The notes under the pieces were generated by a model. That model was not told where the DNA came from, searched no databases, and worked only from the letters and a program-made list of their open reading frames with translations. Below, piece after piece: positions 32,973 to 42,763 of a stretch of DNA of 64,000 nt (position 1 is the stretch's first letter; each line of letters starts with the position of its first letter). Source of the DNA: Tetramitus jugosus. Taxonomy: Eukaryota > Protista > Heterolobosea. The position numbers and the translations under genes were made by a program. The stretch lies in assembly GCA_937625935.1 (NCBI GenBank), contig OW569352.1:186001-250000 (forward strand). The letters run 5' to 3'.

Positions 32973-33466
32973 TGAAACAAAGTAAACGAAATTTTTGTAA
33001 AGATGTTACCGAAATGTGTGTTTTTATTTGTTTGGAGATTGTTTGATGGGGGATCATTTTTAGGTGTGTGATGTTTCTTTTCAGCTTTCTTGACTTATGT
33101 GATGAGACAGAGTGACCAGAGTTGACTTCCTCTTTTGTTGCAGTGATTCGTGCTCATTTCATGTCCCAATAACTAAAATATCGTCATCAATTGTTATTTA
33201 TGTTTTTCAACAGGCCTTCTCACAGATCCTAATGATTAGATGGGATATCGATTTTGGCTTTCGTGTTATGTCTATGGATGTTTCTGTTTGTGTTGCGGTA
33301 AATATATCTCGAACTACCTGGCCTAGGTTGGCTCCAGGAATTCCTGGTTTTCAAGTAATACAAACAAATTAATATCTCAAAATCTCTTCAATAGATAGTC
33401 CATACCACAACCTTTCCATAGCACAAACAGTCCAAGGTAAAACAGTCAAGTATAATTAGCATCACA

Positions 33467-34657
33467 ATGACAGGAGTAAGATACCTTATGACAGTCACTC
33501 AAGACACTTCGAGTGAGAAGAGTACGCCCACTCGTCCTCCTATAGTTACAATGGAGCCTCAAGTCATCATTCAACCACCAGAAATGAGCACATTTCATTC
33601 TTTGTTCATGGGGTATAATAAAGCAGCTGAATCTATCAAAAGTGGATGGTATTGGAGGGGAGAAGGAGCGGCAATGGACTCCTTATCTCATGAGAGAAAT
33701 TCTGGTGCTCAGGTAGAGATTTCTGAAGTTTCTTACGACACAAAACACGTTGATGCGATATTTCGAATAGAAAACTCCAAACCTCTGATTCATGGGGCGA
33801 TCTATAACGAGAGAAGAAACGAGCAGGTGACAGATATACAGATCCCTTCGTTGCCTTCCTCTCCTAGTAATTCTTCCCCTCTGTCCTCTCCCATCTCCAG
33901 CCGTGCAGAAATCGTTCTCAAGGGTGGCTATGATCAATCATTCCAATATAGCAGTAGAAGTACAAGTTATGGTGAGCTCAGGAAAGAAAGTTCTCTGCCA
34001 AATGAAAACCCATCCAGTTCCTATTATGACCGTCCAAAATCTTTCCAAATCAAACCAAAGCATATCCATCACTACCAAAATCACTCCAGACAGCTATCTG
34101 AATTCAACAAAGAACATAAACTTGATAGGACAAGTGAGTTAGGGGTGGAGCATGGAGATGGAGAGCAAAGTGAAGTAGAGAATGATCAAATTCAGAGTTC
34201 AATAGAGGCCTCATCATCCATCTCTTCTCCTCAAAGAAGAGACAGTCGTAGTTTCATGACTGACAACTACAATAGAGAAAAGAGATCCATGACCCATTGT
34301 TCAGATTTCACATCAGACAAAATATTGAAACCAAGTCGCCAGAGGAGCGACAGAGACCGTAGATACAACCACGGTCGTTGGACAGCAGCAGAACACGAAG
34401 CATTCGTCAAGGCATTCAAGATTTGTGGTAGAGATTGGTCAAGAATTGCAAGAGAATTTGTAAGAACTAGGATGAGAAGTCAGGTGGCCAGTCATGCTCA
34501 AAAGTACTTGATGAAGATTGAGGGAGGTGACACTGAATCAGAGACTCTCATGACCTACCAAGATGACAATGAGGACGAGGAGGGAGCTCTTTCGCCCAGG
34601 GGTGAAACATCTCCTTGTTCTCCTATACTCGGTACTCCTTCATCTGACACGGACTGA
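33467..34657 (+). CDS. Single-repeat MYB (SHAQKY class) transcription factor
   Basis: GRWTAAEHEAFVKAFKICGRDWSRIAREFVRTRMRSQVASHAQKY. Confidence 0.9.
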   Translation: MTGVRYLMTVTQDTSSEKSTPTRPPIVTMEPQVIIQPPEMSTFHSLFMGYNKAAESIKSGWYWRGEGAAMDSLSHERNSGAQVEISEVSYDTKHVDAIFRIENSKPLIHGAIYNERRNEQVTDIQIPSLPSSPSNSSPLSSPISSRAEIVLKGGYDQSFQYSSRSTSYGELRKESSLPNENPSSSYYDRPKSFQIKPKHIHHYQNHSRQLSEFNKEHKLDRTSELGVEHGDGEQSEVENDQIQSSIEASSSISSPQRRDSRSFMTDNYNREKRSMTHCSDFTSDKILKPSRQRSDRDRRYNHGRWTAAEHEAFVKAFKICGRDWSRIAREFVRTRMRSQVASHAQKYLMKIEGGDTESETLMTYQDDNEDEEGALSPRGETSPCSPILGTPSSDTD

Positions 34658-34870
34658 AACCTATCCTATCGGTAGTAAAATTGTAGTTGTAAATTTCCGA
34701 AAAAGTCATGTCGGACGAATCGCAATCTGATTCTTTCGCATGTGAAAAAACACCCACAGAACAGAAGAAGTCTTGCACGACGATAACAACAATTCCTTGG
34801 ACATTCTGAATCACCCACCACTCACATTGCATTCATTGTTGTGTATTGTTTTTCATCGTGAGAGCGAAAT

Positions 34871-37807
34871 ATGACACATAACCACGCCACTCAAAAGAAA
34901 CAGCAAGAGGACTCCTCTTCTCCTGTCATGCTGTTGTCCCCAGTGAATCTCAAATGGTACCAGAACAGAAGAGTTTCACTCCTGTTCTTTGCACTCATTA
35001 TTGTGCAGTTTATTGTTGCGTTTTCTCTGTTTACAACCATGATCTCCACTCATAGTCACCTGTTGTTCCTGTGTGGAGGAGCCGAGTTTATCGTCTTTTG
35101 CATTTTATTTATTGTATCTGTCGTTGGTGTTATCGTGTCATTGTACAGTGCATTGACATGCTGTAACGATACGGCAGCTTCCAGTCGTGATATTGCATTC
35201 AATCGACTCACAGAAATCTCAAGGGCTTCACTGTCCACTGTTCTCCGTTCAAACGAAGTGGAACAATCAATGAAAACAGAGCTGCCATCTCCGAATGATA
35301 ATGGTGACGATGATCGTTATACTACTACTCCAAAGAGTGCAAGAGAAAAGCTATTGAGTCAAGTGTTCCTTGGAGTAAGGCTCTCAGTGATTGCACTATC
35401 TGTTCTGTCGACGCTTGTTATCGTTGTTTTGTCTATTGTGTACCTCAGTATCACTCAATCAGCACTTCCCAGATACAGTGGAACATTTACCATCAAGCAT
35501 TCCAAACTCAGCGCACCAGTCACTGTTCATAGAGAGAGATCTGGTCTGATTCATGTGATTGGAAGAAAAAAATTGGATGTTTCATTTGCACAGGGATTTG
35601 TGAGTGCTCAAGAGAGATTGTGGCAAATGGAATTTAATCGAAGAGTTGCCAGGGGTAGGTTGAGTGAGGTTGTGGGTAGTGCTGGTCTGGGAGTTGATAA
35701 GTTTATGCGAACAATGGGCTTTGCTCGTTTGGTTGATGAGGATGTGAGCAATGGGATTTATAAGGCAGAAATTATAGAAATTGTTCAGAGATTTGTCGAT
35801 GGTGTTAATGCATATATCGACAGTCATGCTGCGGCCTATCGTTTGGCACCAGAGTTTGGAATATTTGGATATAAGCCGGAGCCATTTATTGTTGCTGATG
35901 TTATATTGTGGACAAAGTTGTTGAGTTATGATCTATCAACGAATTTGGACTACGAGTTGGATCGATTCTACGCCATGAAACATGGTATCTCATTGCAGAG
36001 AGTAGAGGAGTTGATGGCTCCCTCAGCAATCGAACAAACTATCTTATCCAAGGAGGAGTTGAACATTACGAGCACAACAGCACAGGATGAGGATCTTGAA
36101 CGACAATTCAATGACAATTCTGGTGCCTATATTCCTGCTACATTCTCAAACTCCCGAAGAGTGAGCACCACGAAGGATCAGTTTAACTTTGGTCGAGAAT
36201 ACAAGAGCCTTTATTCTAAAATATTCAAGCATGATCATAATAATCCATTCGCAAGTAACAACTGGGTGGTATCAGGATCCTTGATGGAAAATGGAAAGGG
36301 ATTTTGTGCGAATGATCCTCATTTGACAATATCTTCTCCTAGTATATGGATTCTGATGCATGTCAAAACAACACACGAAGAGAATAATTGGGACGCTATG
36401 GGAGCCACTTTGCCCACAATTCCAAATATCATTATTGGCAAGAATCAAGATATTTGCTGGAGTGTGACAAACAGTATGCCAGATGTACAAGATTTGTATG
36501 TTGTAGATGAAGTGAATGGCAAGTACGAATACAATGGAAAAATGGTCAATATTGTTGAAAGGGAAGAGGCAATCAAAGTGAAGGGTGCTTCCAATGTCAT
36601 TTACAAGGTGCGAAGTACACTTTATGGTCCAATTGTGAATGATATATATCCCGATGAATTGGGAGAGGAGAAGCCAGTGTCATTGAGATGGACCTCTCTG
36701 CAACCAAATGATACCACCGCTGAAGTGATGATAACACTACTAGAAAGACATAACTGGACTGATTTTAGAAACTCCTTTGCTCGCTATGTATCGCCAACTC
36801 AAAATTTTGTGTATGCTGATGCAAGTGGAAATATTGGTTACCTGACTCCTGGTTTAGTACCAATCAGAGAACAGGGACATTCAGGAATGTTTCCAGTTCC
36901 AGGCAATGGAACATACGATTGGAGAGGATACATTCCGTTTGACTCACTGCCTCAAGTATACAATCCTGCGAAGGGTTATGTTGTTACAGCCAATAACAGA
37001 GTCCAACCTGCTGGTTATCCCTATAACTTTGCACGAGATTTTTCATCGATCCAGCGAGCAGCGAGAATAGTGGAAATGATGGAAGAGTTTGTCAATTCCA
37101 CCCAACCAATCACAGTAGAAGATATGAAGACAATTCAGCTGGATGTCAAATCATTGCTGTTTAATGATATACGGGATGTTTTTTCCAAACTAAATGGTCA
37201 TGTTTCTGGAGAGTATGAGCAATGGAGAAACAAACTGGAGAAATGGGACGGTATTGAATCAGTTGGCTCAACACAAGCAAGTGTGTTCGAGGCATTTGTT
37301 TATCATTCACCAAATTTGTTCGTCAAAGAATTGGGTCGGAGATACTACGATAATGACTTGTTGGTGAAAACTTTGAAGAATGTTACTGATATCTCCCTCC
37401 TGCAAGATGTGAGTACAGTGTTTAAAACTGCAGTCAATTCCGTATCACAGACTAATGGCGTTAAAGAATGGGGCAAGGACGTTCATGCGATAACAGCTAA
37501 TCATGCAATACTCGGTAAGTCTCCAATTAAGTGTATTGCCAACCGTTGGATTTATGTGCCAGGTGGTACAGGAACAGTGGCTGTTGCCCCTCCAAAGTCA
37601 AATGACTTGAGTGTGACTCACGGAGCATCATATCGTCACCTAATTAATTTCGATGAAAACGAAGATCAATTCGTCATTCCCGGAGGACAATCAGGAAATA
37701 TGTTTTCATACTATTATGATAACATGTTGTTTGTGTACTCTAAAGGTGGATATTTCCCAATGAGAACCAAGGGTTATCCAGTTTATCGGACCATGAAGAT
37801 AAATTAA
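34871..37807 (+). CDS. Penicillin acylase / peptidase S45 (AHL-acylase-like) Ntn-hydrolase with three N-terminal TM segments
   Basis: FAQGFVSAQERLWQME..RR.ARGRLSE, A/SNNWVVSG (Ser nucleophile), ANDPHL, QNFVYAD..GNIG, TANNR, PGGQSGN. Confidence 0.92.
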   Translation: MTHNHATQKKQQEDSSSPVMLLSPVNLKWYQNRRVSLLFFALIIVQFIVAFSLFTTMISTHSHLLFLCGGAEFIVFCILFIVSVVGVIVSLYSALTCCNDTAASSRDIAFNRLTEISRASLSTVLRSNEVEQSMKTELPSPNDNGDDDRYTTTPKSAREKLLSQVFLGVRLSVIALSVLSTLVIVVLSIVYLSITQSALPRYSGTFTIKHSKLSAPVTVHRERSGLIHVIGRKKLDVSFAQGFVSAQERLWQMEFNRRVARGRLSEVVGSAGLGVDKFMRTMGFARLVDEDVSNGIYKAEIIEIVQRFVDGVNAYIDSHAAAYRLAPEFGIFGYKPEPFIVADVILWTKLLSYDLSTNLDYELDRFYAMKHGISLQRVEELMAPSAIEQTILSKEELNITSTTAQDEDLERQFNDNSGAYIPATFSNSRRVSTTKDQFNFGREYKSLYSKIFKHDHNNPFASNNWVVSGSLMENGKGFCANDPHLTISSPSIWILMHVKTTHEENNWDAMGATLPTIPNIIIGKNQDICWSVTNSMPDVQDLYVVDEVNGKYEYNGKMVNIVEREEAIKVKGASNVIYKVRSTLYGPIVNDIYPDELGEEKPVSLRWTSLQPNDTTAEVMITLLERHNWTDFRNSFARYVSPTQNFVYADASGNIGYLTPGLVPIREQGHSGMFPVPGNGTYDWRGYIPFDSLPQVYNPAKGYVVTANNRVQPAGYPYNFARDFSSIQRAARIVEMMEEFVNSTQPITVEDMKTIQLDVKSLLFNDIRDVFSKLNGHVSGEYEQWRNKLEKWDGIESVGSTQASVFEAFVYHSPNLFVKELGRRYYDNDLLVKTLKNVTDISLLQDVSTVFKTAVNSVSQTNGVKEWGKDVHAITANHAILGKSPIKCIANRWIYVPGGTGTVAVAPPKSNDLSVTHGASYRHLINFDENEDQFVIPGGQSGNMFSYYYDNMLFVYSKGGYFPMRTKGYPVYRTMKIN

Positions 37808-39063
37808 AATGGTTTTGATGGTTTACCATGCTTGTGCTTTGTGGCTTGGTACTTGTGTATCCTCTGATAGCTATTGTACTGAGTCTTGGTTCTATTGACT
37901 TTATCGTCCAAAAAGCGAGTTCGTTGAATGTCCTTGTTCGCAGTCTTTGACTTCTTGATCAACTCCCCAATTCTGAGCTTTGCTTTGCTCTTCTTCTTCT
38001 TTTGTGTACGCGGCATCATCGTTGGTGTTGCAACTTTCTCCTTCTTTGAGTCCACATCATCTTCTGGTTGATCGCTTACCGAATCCACAACAATGGTCTC
38101 ACTTCCATTTCTCTCAGATTTCGGTGTTTCCTCTTCTACTATCGTTTGCTTAGGTGCCTCTGGTAGTGGTGACACAGGTTTCGTTCTCTTAATGACCCAT
38201 TGACCATTTTCATTCGCTACTTTTGCAATGCCAATCGTTGCCAAGATGTGGAACCGCATTTCATCAATGCCACTCTTCTTCCGTGACGACGTTTCCAAAA
38301 TCTCCAAGTTGTTCAAGTACGATTTCTCAACAATCTGCGACCTCTGTGCCAACTTTCTCAATTCGCTACGCACCAATTTTTGTACAGATACCTGTAAAGC
38401 TTGCATGCTCTCTCTTGGTTTGTCCACTTTTGTGTACACGATAGAGAATGGTATGCGATTCGCTACGAGGAACTTTCCAAACTTGATATCTGCTTCCTTT
38501 GGTTGATCTCTTCTGCTGTCCAACAACCAATAGACCATACTCGGTGTTTGTTCTTTCAAGAATTGTTGATTGACTTGTTGCCATCCACGCACAACAGAGA
38601 TGGGTGCTTTTGCATAGCCATATCCAGGCATGTCCACCATGTAGAACAGTGCAGATGCATCACTGTGCACAGAACCATGATCAGAAGAAGAAGTTGCACC
38701 ACTATTGCTGTTCAGTGCACCACCATCATGATCACCACTGCTACCATCATTCTTCTTCTTGTTGCCCACAGTGAAAAAGTTTAATAATTGAGTGCGACCA
38801 GGTGTCTTGCTTGTTTTGACAGACTTTTTGTTGTTGAATAGGGCATTCATCAGAGAACTTTTTCCTACGTTACTTCTTCCACAGAGAGCTACAAATGTGT
38901 GATTGAGTCCATGGTTGTGCAATGTCGGTGGAGCACTAAAGGAGCTCTTGAACTGATGTCTCATGAACAATTGCTTTGATTGTTGAATGGTTTTGGCAGA
39001 GGATTTGAATTGAGAAAATTTGGAGAGTAGTTGATTGACAGAGAAGCCACTGGATGATGACAT
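37804..39063 (-). CDS. EngB/YsxC-family ribosome biogenesis GTPase (GTPBP8-like, probably mitochondrial)
   Basis: GRSNVGKSS, SKTPGRT, VDMPGYG, LLDSR, YTKVDK, TSS. Probable start MSSSSG at 39063. Confidence 0.9.
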   Translation of the reverse strand: MSSSSGFSVNQLLSKFSQFKSSAKTIQQSKQLFMRHQFKSSFSAPPTLHNHGLNHTFVALCGRSNVGKSSLMNALFNNKKSVKTSKTPGRTQLLNFFTVGNKKKNDGSSGDHDGGALNSNSGATSSSDHGSVHSDASALFYMVDMPGYGYAKAPISVVRGWQQVNQQFLKEQTPSMVYWLLDSRRDQPKEADIKFGKFLVANRIPFSIVYTKVDKPRESMQALQVSVQKLVRSELRKLAQRSQIVEKSYLNNLEILETSSRKKSGIDEMRFHILATIGIAKVANENGQWVIKRTKPVSPLPEAPKQTIVEEETPKSERNGSETIVVDSVSDQPEDDVDSKKEKVATPTMMPRTQKKKKSKAKLRIGELIKKSKTANKDIQRTRFLDDKVNRTKTQYNSYQRIHKYQATKHKHGKPSKPF

Positions 39064-39231
39064 GATGAGAGAGTGTTGTTGTTGGATGATGATTTGATTG
39101 TTTGATTGTTTGTCGTGTGAAAGTTCACACGAAAAATGGAAACAAGCATTTTCTCGAAAGAGGGTTTTGGCGCCATTTGCGTTTCTACGAACAACCGACT
39201 GACAAGAAACTCTCAGAAAGTCTTGATCATC

Positions 39232-41774
39232 ATGGTGAGAGCTGTAGTTCGAATATGCCCGAATGTGAGTTTTCATCCTTCTATTTTGCCCTCATCCACA
39301 CCGAGGTACTTTTATGAGGCAACAGATTTGGAGAACTTTAAGTTGTACGAGAGCAATGTGAGGCACTGTGGGCTGGAGAGCAGAGTGGATATGATATATG
39401 ATCAGAATTGCAGTCAGTATGACTTTTTTGAAAAGGAAGTTTCAAAATATGTTCAAATGGCCGTCAGAGGAACCGATTCTAGTGTTCTTTTGTTGGGATG
39501 CCCTCATGGAGGCAGAAGATATAGTCTAGAAGGAACTTCTGAATACCCTGGATTGTATTTTCGATCCTTAGATATGATCCTATCTTCTATTAGTATGTAT
39601 TGAATGATACCCACTTGGTTCAAATGAAATAGTTCAAGTTGTCTGACCATGTGTCTACTCATATAGATTCTGAATCAAACAAACATCAGTATCGGTTGCG
39701 TTTTTCCTGTTGTACAATCGAGAGGGATGTAATTGTAGATTCTCTGCCTGAAAAAGGGAGTAAGTATCAAATTCGATTGAGAGATGATCCAATTTATGGG
39801 ATAGTTCCTGAAGGGCTAAACTGGAAAGTCGTTCATAATGTTCAAAGCGGGATGCAGATGTTCCGAGAGTCAAGGTAATTCATTTTGAGAAATCAAAAGT
39901 TCCTAAAGGCCACTAACAACAAAATTAGTTTAAGAATGAATCAGAAACGATCTCATCTCATTGTATCATTATCCGTGGAAAATTCCCAAACAGGACAACA
40001 AGGAACTCTGAACTTTGTATCTCTCGGTAGTATTTTCGCAACCCAAATGAATCAACCCTCTTCGGGAGTGAAATCCAAGGATATACTTCAAGTATCCAAG
40101 TGGTTCGAAGTACTAAACTCTTGTTTGTCAGCATTGGAGAGTAGAACTTCAGCTATAGTTCAATTTCATAAGTCCAAATTGTCAATGTTGCTCAGAGATT
40201 ATTTGATAGGCCGAAAAGAAGCTATTGTGTTATGTTGTCTCTCTCCGAACATGGAGAACTATCAAACTGCCAAGGGAATGTTGAACTTATCCCATAGGTT
40301 GAAAAGAAGTTGTCCAGAGATCTTTGGTCATCTCGAAACCAAAGATCTACCCAACAAGGAACTAATTGAGACAGCACATCAGAGATATCACCGAATGAAA
40401 TTTGAGCAAGAGAAGAACAAACAAGTACTAAAGGTCCAGAATAAGTACTTAGAACTTATTCAGAACCCAGTTTTGGTTCCTTCTCAGAATTTTCGGACCC
40501 AAGGCATTCTCTACGATTCAGAAAGACCAGTGTTACATGGAGAGAGTCTTACAGAATCAGAAGATTTTGTGTTCCCTATTCCATTGAATGCCACTCTTAA
40601 GATTCAGGATGATTTTGAAGATGCATTTCAAGTTTATGAAGTGAGAGGTGATAACACATTCACACCAAGACGATCGAAAAGACTCATAGAGCGATCAGAA
40701 CAAAAGAGAGATCTTAAGAATAAGGATGAAACAGACTCCATCGAGGCGATTCGAACAACACCACATAGAGGAATACCAAAAAACAACAAGAAGGATCAAG
40801 TCCAAGCAAAAGACGAGGAAATAGAAAAACTACGGGCAGAAAAGGAAGAACTGCAAAGAAAGATAAAAAGTTTAGAAGAAGAGTCATTAATTAAAGAGAG
40901 GAAGTACATCGATTCTCATGAGAAACAGAGAGTTCACTTTGAGCATTTGATGAAGATACAAGAACAACAAGTTAGACAAAGGTATTCGAAGAAAGAAACA
41001 GCGAGACTATCGATCGAGAAGAAAAACAATAATGATATCCCTCTTACAACTCCTCGCAACTCTGAAGAGAGCAGGTACACTGAAGTGATGGAAGCAGCGA
41101 TAAAGCGAATGAAGTTAGAGATAAACGATCTTGAAATCGAAAATGAAAACTTAAAGAAATCCATCCTAAAGAAAGATGCAGAGTTGTTGAAGAAGAGAAC
41201 TAGTGCTCGGCTGAAAACTATGGGAGACATATCTCTACTACGGAAGTCGTTTGCTGAAGCACAAGAGAACATCGAAAAAATGAAGAACAAACTCAATCAG
41301 ATGAAGAGATGTGAATTAGCCTGGGCCAATGAAAGAAAACTGCTCATTAATACAATAGAAAGGTTAGAGAATAAGGGAGTAAAAGACTCTGCTCCAGTGG
41401 AAGAACTCTCAACGGATAACATCAACCATCTCCTGGATCAACAATATGATACTGAAGATGAAATTATGGATCAAACTTACTGTCCCTCGAGTGAGGAATC
41501 CAGTGAGATGATCTCTGACTTAGACCAAGAGTATAGTGACAATCCTTCAATAAGCAAAAGAGAAGAAGCTGAAAAGTTGAGGAATACTCTCGTTAAGGCT
41601 CTCTCAAGAACTCGGCCAAACAAATCCTTATCTCCCCCACCTTATTCATCTTCTCCAATCGTCTTCGAGACGGGCAGTCCTCCAGTGTTGACCAACGATG
41701 AACCATCTACAACCTCCATATTTATCGAATCTGACCCAGAAGAAGTGGAGTTGTTTGAGATGCCGAGTTATTGA
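39232..41774 (+). CDS. Divergent kinesin-motor-like protein with coiled-coil tail; introns 39593-39666 and 39875-about 39934
   Basis: MVRAVVRICP, LRDDPIYGIVPEGL, MNQKRSHLIV, FHKSKLSMLLRDYLIG, CCLSP trace the kinesin fold; the catalytic motifs are degenerate. Confidence 0.78.
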
Positions 41775-41894
41775 ATGACTTTGCGTCTCAAGAGTTCAAT
41801 CCCAGAGTTGACTTTGGAACTTTTTGCTCTGAACTTTCAGTTTTCTTCCTCGCAGTCAAAAAAAAAAGTCAAACACGATACATCGAAATCAATC

Positions 41895-42644
41895 ATGACA
41901 GCCACTCAGAACAAGAACAACAATAATAATCCATCTTCATCCAACAAACAAAGAGCACCTCGTTCAAACAATAGAAAGAATGATGGTGGACCACTCACAG
42001 GCACCAATCTCTCCAAATCTCTCTCCTATGTGCTGAGACATGGTGCAGTGAAGCAAAAGATTGCCATTCGAAGCGATGGCTTTGTTCTCTTGTCCGATAT
42101 TTTGAATCAACAAAAATTCAAGGGCGTAACGCTAGACATGGTCAAAGAAGTGGTGGCCGCCTGTCAAAAACAACGATTCAAGCTAGAGCAACTGCCTGTT
42201 GATAGCAATGAACAACAATCGAGTAGTGGTGGAGAAGAAAAATTGGAATGGTACATTCGTGCGAACCAAGGTCACTCGTTCTCTGTGCCCGATCTCGAAC
42301 TGAAGCCCATCACCTCTGCAGAACAAGCACCCGTGTGCATTCATGGAACATATCATGCCGCTTGGGCCCACATCAAGAAAACTGGTCTGTCTAAAATGTC
42401 TAGACAACACATTCACTTTGCTACAGGTGTGGCGCACGATGAGACTGTGATCAGTGGAATGCGTAACACGGCTCAAGTGCTCATTCATATGAACGTTGCG
42501 AAACTGATTGCTGATGGAGTTCCATTGCTGCAGAGTGATAACAAGGTGCTGCTCAGTCCTGGTATTGGAGAAACAGGTGCCATTCCAACCGCTTACTTTC
42601 ACAAGGTCATTGACGCTCAAACACAACAAGAATTGCCATTCTAA
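41895..42644 (+). CDS. TPT1: tRNA 2'-phosphotransferase (Tpt1/KptA)
   Basis: LSKSLSYVLRH, KQRF, IRANQGHS, HGT, GLSKMSRQHIH, SGMR, SDNKVLL. Confidence 0.95.
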   Translation: MTATQNKNNNNNPSSSNKQRAPRSNNRKNDGGPLTGTNLSKSLSYVLRHGAVKQKIAIRSDGFVLLSDILNQQKFKGVTLDMVKEVVAACQKQRFKLEQLPVDSNEQQSSSGGEEKLEWYIRANQGHSFSVPDLELKPITSAEQAPVCIHGTYHAAWAHIKKTGLSKMSRQHIHFATGVAHDETVISGMRNTAQVLIHMNVAKLIADGVPLLQSDNKVLLSPGIGETGAIPTAYFHKVIDAQTQQELPF

Positions 42645-42763
42645 TATCCACCAACCTTGAAAACACCAATAAAAAATCGCGACAATTTTTGCGCGCCAAA
42701 ATCAAACTGATCAACACACAAAACGTCAAAAGAAGAAAATTTCAAGTGAACAACAACAAACAT

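Noticed and set aside
33112-33372. 86-aa ORF upstream of the MYB gene
   Set aside because: GTG start and no motifs; probably promoter or UTR sequence.
15436-42644. RNA ligase plus Tpt1 as a linked RNA-repair cluster
   Set aside because: 26 kb apart with many unrelated genes between them; Tpt1 is a common housekeeping gene.
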